This document shows positions 1-11,008 of a DNA stretch of 64,000 nucleotides, in pieces. The stretch is from contig NC_092673.1 in NCBI RefSeq assembly GCF_964355755.1, positions 8,866,001-8,930,000 on the forward strand. Direction: 5' to 3'. Each line of letters starts with the position of its first letter. Within the stretch, counting starts at the first letter, position 1. This stretch comes from Antedon mediterranea (lineage: Eukaryota > Animalia > Echinodermata). The position numbers were made by a program, and so were the translations under genes. Under the pieces are notes generated by a model. It did not search any database and was not told the DNA's origin. It saw nothing but the letters and a program-made list of their open reading frames with translations.

Positions 1-53
1 TTGATATAATTTACCTGGGTAATAACTGCTGTGTACCTTTGTTATATCAAAAT

Positions 54-2794
54 ATGTTCAAGATGAACATTGTGATTTTATTGATTGACATTTTATTTAT
101 TTTTGTAATAATACCTGTACATTTTGTATCTGGAGAAGTGACTGATGATGAAATACGATGCTTAACTAAGCTACTTACTGATTTTACCCCTTTTATAAAC
201 GATCATCTTCAAGACTATCTATATGACTACGCTGACACCGATTCGGAACGAATATCAGTTCTTGCGGTATTGCCATTGGAAGACACTCCTTTCTGGTGTA
301 ATAATACTTACCTGGAAAGAACATTTAGATCTTCTACAAATGAATTAGGGTTTGTAGTTCCTGATGAGTTGAATTATGCGGTACCAAGTTTAGCTTCAGA
401 CGTTTTTAATTACATATCAGCTATTCCTTATGTCGAGAATGACATCGTTCAATCGGATCTAAAACTGCTTTTGAAGTTTCCAGAGAGGATCCAGGCAATG
501 GTAGATTGGCATCATTTAGATGAAATAAACGTAACAGCACATGTATTTTTCTTATACACCTGGAAATATCCATGTAGTAGTTGCACCGATATGATTTTGG
601 ACGTTCTTAATATTGAAAGGTACCAAACAGCTCCTCTCATAATATCATTCACCGACTGGGGACATGAAGACCCGGATATAAATACCATGGAAAGTGAGAA
701 TACGTTTAATGTAGCTGCCATCCAAAGACCCTCATTTGCACCAATTATCCGTTTTAGATACGAGTACAAAACAGATGCAAGTTATTATTTTGATTTATTT
801 CACAATGTGATATTCGATAAATTCTACCGTACGGGTGTGCCTCGTCAGCAAGGTGAGCAAATTCGATTTGCCGTCCTCATGATCTTGCCATTACATGATA
901 AAGACATGTGGTTAACTCCAGACTACGCTGAAAATGTGCTGCGGCCCCTTACGGCAAGAGGTCGCGTGTTGACACCTGTGTTAAACGAACTCATTGCTCC
1001 TTCACAAATTAGTGAAAGCGATAACTTTATTGTTGCCCGTGGTGAAGCTGCTCAGTCATATGCACTTCGTGGTGAAAATACAGACGGAAATAACATAGCG
1101 TTACTTCTTAATAACCATGAACGCATACATGGATTGGAGACACCAACTGTTATTGCTCTTTATTCGTGGACTTGTTTCCATGATAATGTCATTTTACAAG
1201 AATCAGCAACAATACTTGAACTGTATGTACGACAACCAGACATATACAGGGTAATTTATGGTTGCTCATCAGAAATTTCTGACGATGATTTTGAAACAAC
1301 GCAATCAACGCTTGGTGATATTGATGTAAAAGCGTTTCTTGTACGGGAAAAGTTTCCTCAAGACGTTATTCAACCTGTAAACGAACCGCCGTTTGAAGAT
1401 CATGAATCCGCCGCTGATATGCGCCCGTTACCACCAGGGGGAGATCAAAGAATATGTCGGGTTAGAAGAGCACTTGATGAAAATCTTCAGTACAGCTCTT
1501 TTCAGAATTGTGCGTTCCAGTGTTTGGTGAATGAATACGAGTGCGGCAGATTCTGTTGCTGCTGTAAAAGTAACTTTATTACGGAAACCACGTCGTATTT
1601 AGTTAACAATATCGTATCTGATTGCAGGTAAGTTATCTACACAACAGTCACCATTGAATGGCAATCACACAATTTGCACCCTGTTTTCTACATTCAACAT
1701 CTTCAAACAAAAACCGTGAAATGTGCAAAAAGTCACATTTGTGCAAACATGATACCCATAAATGTGGAAATCTGTAAGAAAACAATCCATAAAATTCAAT
1801 GACACAAATAGTATGTGTAACATATTTATATGAGCTTTAGTTTTATCAAATACTAAAAATACATTGCGATGTTCGACATTTTCTGCATCTCCGGATATCA
1901 TTGTGGTTTTTTGTTGTAACAAAACGGATAATTTCAGCCTGTATTACTATTTAAATACGTAATTGGCTATATTGAAAACATTATGTTAGAAAAAACCGTG
2001 GATATTTAAAATTAGGTTATCATTTTTAATAAACTGATTTTGGTTGAAGAAAATGATTTTACACATTTAACGTCAAAACTGATTTTACGGCGTGATGTTT
2101 GCACATTAGTGATTATGAATGTTTAGATTTGCACATTTGTGGTTGTTTGCACAAATGTGACTTTATGCACATTTCACGGTTCAACAGGGATAATTTCTGG
2201 GTTTTTTCAGTCCCTATATACTTAATAGCTGTAATGTGGTATCTGGTGAGTCATAATTAATTGTTGTTTTCGTCATTATTGAAGAGTAAATTAATGTTTT
2301 TCAATTCTCACTTTATCATCATCTTTATAGTATCATTGCTGTTATCTTGACCACCAGTGTTTTATTATTACCTTCAATATCATTCACTTTAGCATTAGCC
2401 CAATATTGAAATAATTTTTCTTTCAGAAAATATATATTTGATAGAGAAATTAAAACATGTTGGGAGAATTGGTTAAACTACAATGTTCATAATGAATGTG
2501 ATTGCACAGAGCACAATGCAACCTACGTCATAAAAGAATGCTTCGTTGCTTGTTCAGATGTGAGACTACTTTTAATATTATTTCATGTTTTAATTGTGCA
2601 TAAATTTAGTTTAGTAGGCCTAGGTCTATTATAATCATTAAGTAGACCTACTATATACGTTAAATATGTAGAGACCACGGGGTGTTTATTATCATTCTTG
2701 TCCGTCATATCACGCGGATACAACAAACATTTGGAAGAAATAGAAGAAAATGTGTTTTCAGGTAATGCTGTGTTCCTCTTCAAAACGCAGGAAC

Positions 2795-2893
<99 letters not shown>

Positions 2894-4552
2894 ACTACAT
2901 TAACACTTTCGGAGACATGCTATTTTTTTGCATATTTGGGAGACAATGACAAAATGGCTGATTATTATACTTTGACATATATTTTACATACACCATTTCA
3001 TTTTATTTCATTAAAGGCATGTTACTACATATTTTAAAACAAAAAAAATTATAATAACAATTAAACTGTAAGATATATATGTTTTAAGTTGTTATTTTGT
3101 CTCCCAACTGTTTTTCAAACTCTAAAATGTACATTTGGGAGACTTGACAGTGTACATAACATATTACAGTATAATAAAGGCCTTATTTACAGATTAAACA
3201 GTGCAAAAATAGTGCAAAGTCAACAATACCAGTACAAAGCTCATTAAAACCATTCCAATTATTACTATTGATAGAAAAAAACATACCAATGTTAAATTGA
3301 TGAATAAAAAAATGTTTTTTGTTAATTGTTCAGAAGGGTTTTTAAGAGGGTGGGGGCATGAAATGCAAACAATAATTAACCCTCGAAATGAAAATCTACA
3401 ACACGATTAATATCAAGGTGTTAAAATATGGTACAAATTGTTAAAAATGCTTTGTAAAGTAAAGATCATCTTCAGACAACAATTCTACTAAAAATATAAA
3501 TGTGTATAATACAGTATTCAAAATAAAAATTCTTTTTTTTTTTAATAAAAGGAACATTTTATTTCGCTTTGTAACCTAGCTGAAAGTTAAACCAGCCCGA
3601 ATGAATTAGATCACGCAACAAACTTACTCAAAATAAAGAAGTTCAACAAATTCGCAATTTCTTTAAGATAGATTTATTAAGAGTCCAAATGCCAAACCTA
3701 TTCAATTTAACAGAATATCTAAACTTTGAAACAATTTTAGCTTGTAAGGTGAAGATTGTACAAACAAAGTAATTGATACTGTTTTCACATTAAATAAAAT
3801 AATGTATACATAGAGTACACAGTAATTATAGTGTAGCAAGTCTCAATAAATTGCATGCTATAATAATAATATTTTATTGACATATACGATGTACATCGGC
3901 GGCAATCAATTTCATAAAAGCTGCGTCAAAAAAAAATAAATAAAAATCATTTATGCAAGCATTACATATACAAATATGTACAGATAAAAATAAATTGCAT
4001 ATTATTAACAATATTACAGGAAATTGTAATACAGCAAATATATAATTTAATCAGAATCAAATCTTGTGCCATTAGGCAAATTGTTACCACATTGCAGTCT
4101 CAATAAATTGCATACTATTATCAATATTACAGGAAATTGTAATACAGCAGTTATATAATTTAATCAGAATCAAATCTTGTGCCATTAGGCAAATTGTTAA
4201 CACATTGCAGTCTCAATAAATGGAATACTATTATCAATATTACAGGAAATTGTAATACAGCAGTTATATAATTGAATCAGAATCAAATCTTGTGCCATTA
4301 GGTAAATTGTTAACACATTGCAGTCTCAATAAATTGCATACTATTATCAATATTACAGGAAATTGTAATACCGCAATTATATAATTTAATCAGAATAAAA
4401 TCTTGTGCCATTAGGTAAATTGTTAACACATTGCAGTCTCAATAAATTGCATACTATTATCAATATTACAGGAAATTGTAATACCGCAATTATATAATTG
4501 AATCAGAATCAAATCTTGTACCATTAGGCAAATTGTTAACACATTGCAGTCT

Positions 4553-4638
<86 letters not shown>

Positions 4639-7600
4639 ATTCATCAGGTTTCTCAATACTACACCAACCCACTAGATGTTTTAACTCCATGGATTGAACC
4701 AGCTGTTCTTGGTCATTACGAAAACTTGGCAGATCACACTGTAGTTGATGCGAAGTGCATCCCGAACTCATATGCGGGATTCGCATGTACATCATCAGCA
4801 ATTGGTCCAGTTGGTGGATACCAACCCTATCACCATTCCCATCATATTGACGACGATATGACAAGATTAAACACAAGTGAGAACCTCACCTCCGATTGTG
4901 TCTGGGCAAATTGCTAATTTATATATATTATATGCTTAGGACACACATATACCCCGTATCATAAAATTTGCCTAAATACAAAATGTTTTTTTTAAATGGA
5001 TCACTCTTGTTGTGGTGGCCCTTTCTGGAATTTAGAAACAAACACATTCACAGCCAAACAAATGTAAAACCAACCACACACTTAAAAAGGTAAATAAAGA
5101 ACACAGTCGGTTTTTGCCTAATAAAGTTTCATCAGTGCTTGTGTTGCATGATTAAATACAATCTAACTGATAGAAGTTTGTGAATGCAAATAAATTGAAC
5201 AAATACATGAATGCAATTTTACTGTTTCCATTCTTCGGCATACGACTGATTTTATTCCGTTTACTCTTATTTCTCAGGTTTTGTTCGTTTGATTGGCGGT
5301 TCGTCAACACATGAGGGTACCGTTGAAATATTTTACGATTTGACGTGGGGTACAATATGCGATAATGGATGGGATATTGAAGACGCACACGTTGTATGTC
5401 GCCAACTTGGATACCCAGGAGCAAAACGAGCTTATTTGCAGTGAGTATAAAGAATACATGTGGAACACAGTCCCAGTGTTTTATAGTCAATTAATTGACA
5501 GATTGGTTATATCACATGGTAACATGAATTATACATTGCACTTTTTATTCATCATTGATTTTTATCAATCACATTTTTAATTACCTCCTAGGGCATATTT
5601 TGGCGAACCACAAGAGGACAGCGAATATCATCTTGATCGAGTAAATTGTTTAGGAACTGAACGTTCTTTGGAGCAGTGTGATAAAGGAGATTGGGGTGTG
5701 CATACGTGTTTACCATTTGAACAAGCCGGTGTTTCTTGTAATTTACATTCCAGCGTTCAGGCGCAAAGTATGAATTTTAATAATATTACATAGGGTTTTA
5801 ACAACGTGATATAATTTAAGGTTACAAATTTCTACCACAATTTATCATTATCTTGTATATGTCTATTTTTGTTGTTGCTATTGTTTCAACAAGGGTACCG
5901 CGAACGGATCCCTTAAGCTCTGTAGTTTACGCTTGTGTACGCAGACATAGATGTTTCAATTTTTAATATTTACAATCATTCATAATTTAAATTACGTAAA
6001 CTCACTCGAATCTATGGTTATAACCATAGCGCAAATTATTATGATATAAAGGCAGACTTGCGTCATAATAATCTGATAATAATCAGAGTGCGTCATTGTT
6101 TAAAGTGAGACAGAATGTTCAAATTTATTTATTTATTATTATTTATAATTTTATAAATTCATTACACAACAAATGTGTATTGAATTTCTTGCATTCTCCT
6201 GTAAGAATATCAACCGAAGAACTTTTTAAACTTCTAATTAAAAATGTTCTATTGCAATATATAATTATTACAACATTATTGAAATGACTAAATTTGCAAA
6301 CACAAAGTCAGAAGAAGTAGTTTTCCCGGGAGAAGTTAAACATAATGAATTTAACCTAAGGTATACACTAAAGTCAAATTCACCGTCCATATAAATGAGA
6401 CTGAGTAGGTCTACTAATACTATATTATATTTCACAGTTCACTATTACTAACACATAGCATTACATTCTCACAGATATATTACGACTTGTAGATGGTACT
6501 TCCGAAAACCAAGGGAGAATTGAAATATTTCATGACGGCGAATGGGGGACGGTGTGTGACGATAACTTCTCATTAGAAGACGGTGCAGTTGTTTGCAGAC
6601 AGCTTGGATATCCCGGTGTTTTAGGTGTATTTACACAGTACGGACTATCAAACTTATCATGTCAATGTCATTTCACAGTCGTCAATTTATCTCTTCGTGC
6701 AATTTTATTGTATTTTCTGTATTCATAATCAATTTTAAATGTTAATGATTTCTGCCTAATCATCAATTTATTTATGAATGTGTGTATAGAGGAGTTGCTG
6801 ATGCTAACTCAATTATTTTATCATTTCCATAACAGAGCATTTTTTGGTGCAGGAGAAGGTTTGATTCTGCTTGACGATGTGTTCTGTTCAGGACTTGAGT
6901 ATAGATTAGATGAATGTCAATTCCCAGGCTGGGGGGTACACGATTGCTCCAGACTCGAAGACGTTGGTGTCGAATGCGAACCTGCACCAGATGGTTATTT
7001 TGGTAGGTTATATTTTGAGGAAGGTCACATAAATGTATGTTAAAAAACAAACAAAACTACCAAAATGTACAAGTGGTGTACATTAAACGGAATGAGTCAG
7101 AGCATGTATATTGCATTTCAGATAATTAAGGATTGCAGTGGATGCTCGCCACCTATTGAAAATTCCAGAACCAGAAAGATTTATGATGGGGCCTGGGTGC
7201 ATTTTTATTCCTTTTTTTATTTTGTCTTATTTTATGAATAAACCTGAACAAATTGAGTAGTAGCTAAATTGATCATTCTTTTTATGCAGCATACAATAGT
7301 AATTTTGCTGTTGACTGCCAGGAGCTTCATCATCATGGTAACCCATTGAGCGGCGTCTACACAATTCATCCAGCATCTTTGACACAGTCCATTAATGTGT
7401 ATTGCGATATGGAAATAGATGGAGGTGGATGGACAGTAATTCAACGACGTATAGATGGAACTGAGAACTTCAACCGCGGATGGCAAGAATATAGGGTAAG
7501 AATGTATTTCTGTGATTAAATTATTATTTAATACAGTATATAACACTAGCGATTATACCGGCCCCGAGGCGGGTTTCAAAATTAGTTTAAAACCTTCTGA

Positions 7601-9187
7601 GTACATAACACCCGACGCCAATATCTCCCTATACTCACCAACCTCCACCTCTCAAATGTGTGTTTTCCTAGTACAATTCCAATCATATTATACTTCATTA
7701 CGCCAGTGTTTTCGCCCTCCTCCTCCCTCCCAACATACCCCAGATACTGAGTAATGTGTTGAAGAAGTTTCCAATACAAATTACAAACTCCCAACCCATA
7801 ATCCTTCAGTGGCAGTTTTCAAATGTAGTACAGTTTCGGTCCTACATACCCACCCCAAGCTCGCATGCTCCTTCCCATGGATAATTAAAATACTTGAACA
7901 ATTTCCTACCCATCCCATCCTCTCTTCCACCAAATCCTCGGAATTTTTTTAATTTATTTTAAAACCTTCCTGGTACAATTGCGGTCATTTTGATACCCCA
8001 TATGTATGGTTACGTGCAGAAACAGAAATTTGGAGAACGAACAAACATCGAAAATGGGGAAAAGTGGGCCATTTTGACCCCATTTTGGCCCTAACTTGAT
8101 GTTCAAATATAGTTAAGAACTTTACCGGTACTATTGCGGTCATGTTGATACCCCATAACAATTTGTATAACGAACAAACAAACACACAAACGTACAAACT
8201 CGGTGATTATTTTTTTAATTTAGTTGTTTCGATCAGTGGTCTACGTAACATAGTAAAGTATTTTTTTATTATTCTTAAATCCCAAAGACGAGGATTCGGG
8301 GAATCAATATACCAAGGTTAATTACTTTCTCAACTGAATATTTTATCTTGATTTCACAGGCTGGATTTGGGATTCCAGAAAAAGAATACTGGCTTGGGAA
8401 CGAGGCTATTCATGCTATCACAAAAGAAGGACGATACGCACTTAGAATTGATTTCGAAGATTTCGAGGACAACAGCAGAGCGCATGCGCTGTACGAGACT
8501 TTTGAGGTGGGATCTGAAATTGAAGAATACCGTCTTACTATAGGGGATTTCCTTGGTGGAGCTGCTGGCGATTCAATGAAAGGACCGGCGGATGTGGACG
8601 GTTTACTTGGCGGAACTAATCAGAAGCAACCATTCAGCACTATTGTAAGTGGATCAAAACACTATACATTATGAAGTTTAGCTCGTGAAATAAATAAATC
8701 ATTCACCTTATTTTAAAATTGAATTAGTACAGAGAAAATAAAGCTAAAACCAACCAGAAACATAAATTACCAACAATAATTAATAAGAGTGTTTTGCTAT
8801 ATCCTAGGACACATTGAAATGAAAACTAGCAAAGAAAAAAACAATGTGCAGTGTAGGCCTAATGAGTATTATATATAATGTATATTTCCCAATCGTGGCT
8901 GAAGGCTGTGTAATTTCATTTGATTCGTAACTAACACATACCGTACTAATTGTGTTTAACAGGACAAGAAGAACCCTCCAACTCAAGTCGACCACTGTGT
9001 TGAGAGTAAGCATGGCGGTTGGTGGTTTAACACAATGTGCGGTCTTTCAAATCTAAATGGTGTATATTATGACGATAGTGAGTCATTGCCGTCTGATGCC
9101 ATGTACTGGAAAACATGGAAGTTTTCTAAACACGCCATTAAGAGAGTCTCTATGAAGATTAAAATTATGGCACCGAGTGTATTTTAA
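54..9187 (+). CDS. Secreted multidomain putative immune protein, paralog A (~1106 aa): signal peptide, 2x deaminase-like (AID/APOBEC/SNAD-like, degenerate) repeats, Cys-rich module, 2x SRCR, fibrinogen C-terminal domain
   Basis: Hand-spliced GT-AG exons: 54-1627, 2427-2559, 4648-4876, 5278-5440, 5592-5767, 6475-6637, 6836-7002, 7290-7495, 8360-8644, 8963-9187. Total 3321 nt, in frame to TAA. Hydrophobic N-terminus [24 protein letters not shown]; the start could be ATG 54 or 63. SRCR motifs VRLIGG..EGTVEIF..WGTICD..W...[11 protein letters not shown] and [24 protein letters not shown]. FReD motifs [37 protein letters not shown]-terminal [11 protein letters not shown] motif. Confidence 0.9.
1679..2189. 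mobile_element. MITE-like non-autonomous DNA element in intron 1 of paralog A
   Basis: Inverted termini ccctgtt...aaccgtgaaatgtgcaaaaagtcacatttgtgcaaaca and tgtttgcacaaatgtgactttatgcacatttcacggttcaacaggg; no coding capacity. Confidence 0.65.
2796..2891. repeat. (AT)n microsatellite
   Basis: Pure TA dinucleotide run of about 95 nt. Confidence 0.97.
4009..4555. repeat. 113-bp minisatellite, ~4.8 copies
   Basis: aatattacagg recurs at 4010, 4123, 4236, 4349 and 4462 (period 113) with near-identical units. Confidence 0.95.
4554..4634. repeat. (AT)n microsatellite abutting the exon-3 acceptor of paralog A
   Basis: Pure TA run of about 80 nt ending ~13 nt before the AG acceptor at 4646-4647. Confidence 0.97.
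7545..8223 (-). mobile_element. Non-autonomous Helitron-like element (intron 8 of paralog A)
   Basis: Read on the minus strand, the 3' end is a GC-rich hairpin-like stretch (cccgcctcggggccgg) followed by CTAGT. The 5' part carries gtttgtacgtttgtgtgtttgtttgtt. It shares an aaaatggcccacttt motif with the element at ~31.9-32.6 kb. Confidence 0.5.
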
Positions 9188-9974
9188 TTTACATATTTAT
9201 CGTCAAACGAAAATAATGTAATAAACAGGAACGTTAGTTAGGCACTTCCGTTGTTTCATTAATGAAAACATTTCGCAGTCAGTAACTATAAGACATATCG
9301 TTTTTCTTTTATTGGTTTGCTAAATGTCTGGCTAAATGGGATTAAACAGTTGTAATGGTTTAATTAAACTACTTCAACAATCCAACCTTAATCAGCGTTG
9401 GTGCGAATTCATATTTTAGGTTGTGTTGCAGTAAATGTTCTGGTTAATCTTGTAAAATGTTTTCTTTGTGTTGTTATATGAATGTACCATCCGAAATAAA
9501 ATATATGAATGAATGAATTAACGCGTATTGATCTTTCAATTATGAATGAATTATACAGTAGGCCTATAAACAATGTATTATTTCATTTATTTTCGTGATT
9601 TAGGTCAAATTTTAGCAAGTGTCAAATAATACATTGTACATTATAATCTAACATAGGCGACCACAATGTACTTTTGTAAGATCTCCGCCTTGGATACCTA
9701 CCTTATCTATTTCAGATGTACCGCAAAACGTAGATTTGATAACATAAGTGTTCACTTGTTCACGTGTTCTCTCTTAGTAAGATATTATAAAGGGTTTTAA
9801 AACAACATTTCTGATTTCATCGGTAGATTTGTAGATTTTCAACCGTCCGATGTATAAAGTGATTTCCGGGTTGACGTAATCGCTTTGCGACTTCCGGCTT
9901 TTTGAGTCGTCGTATCAGAGGAATCGTACTTGATTGGTTTAAAAATTATCTTTCTAATAGAAAATTATGTTGCA

Positions 9975-10260
9975 AAAAGGGCCCTTAGAATTATATGTAA
10001 AGTTCACTCTCGGCATCCACCTCTATATTTGCTTACACCAAAATATATTTCAGATCTCTACAAAAAGAATGTTGCTATTCTAATGTACCAATTCCAAAAC
10101 AATCAGCTGCGTCATACTTTTGATACATTCTTCAATATTAATAGCTCAAAGCATAATTATAATACAAGAATTAAAAACGATATATAGGCCTATGTATATC
10201 ATTAAAAAGAACATTAATCAGCAAACAAAGAAATTTAAAGAGAAACTATTTAGATATATT
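9975..10260 (+). mobile_element. Degenerate 3' fragment of a CR1/L2-group LINE
   Basis: Translation KRALRIICKVHSRH...HNYNTR resembles the region downstream of RT in the LINE at 54920-57310 (NKIIRCI...HNHNTR). Confidence 0.55.
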
Positions 10261-11008
10261 TAACAAAACTTAACTTGCGTTTAAAGTTATAAATACGCCA
10301 GAAATTAATTACAGCATAAACATTATTATGTTGTGTTGGTTGGTTTATTTTGGCCACATTGCCTAAAGACATAACATTAAATAAAATAAATAAAAATTGT
10401 AAGTATATAGCCAATACAATTGTTAAATTATTCTGAATGTCTTAGTAAAGAATATGAAATACAATGGATATAGCTTTGACTGGGATAGTAAAAGATAAAA
10501 TACAATCATTTGTATATTTCCTTTTCAACTTTTTAAAATGAATTAAAATTCTCACCTCACTATTTATTGACATGTAATAATATCTGTATTTCATTTATTT
10601 GAATTAAGTAGAATAAAATATGAAACATAAATTAGAAAAACGATATATTTCAAGTGTCGATAACAGTATTTTCAGTGCTGTTCCGAATGTTTTATCACAG
10701 AGCTAGCTTTATTTTAACAGGTTGTGTAAAAGTGCTTATTAGTAATTATTGTTATACTGAGGTGTTACTATATTTCAATCGCAGTTGTTCCAAGGGCAGT
10801 ATGATAAGCATGGAACCCTAATTAAGGAAACACCGACTTTAGGGCTGCTAACCTGGGAGCACAATGTTAAGCCTTTGAGCTAATATAGGTTTAGTACGGA
10901 AATACTGTTTGAGCCATCCGATTTATTGTTTTCACAGAAGTCAACTCTCAGGATTTCGTCGGATAGCTGTGTAATGAACGGTGTGAAAACTGAAAGTAGG
11001 AACCGAAA

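Noticed and set aside
450-584. Calling the N-terminal domain an active cytidine deaminase
   Set aside because: The HxE motif is not intact in any of the four repeats, so only a deaminase-like fold is proposed.
39-1631. Treating the 530-aa and 586-aa ORFs as complete single-exon genes
   Set aside because: Both end at AG|GTAAG donors, where the TAA is intronic, and continue in frame into paralogous 133-nt exons.
2698-3037. ORFs with YIYIYI runs (also 4490-4876 on the minus strand)
   Set aside because: They are translations of (AT)n microsatellites.
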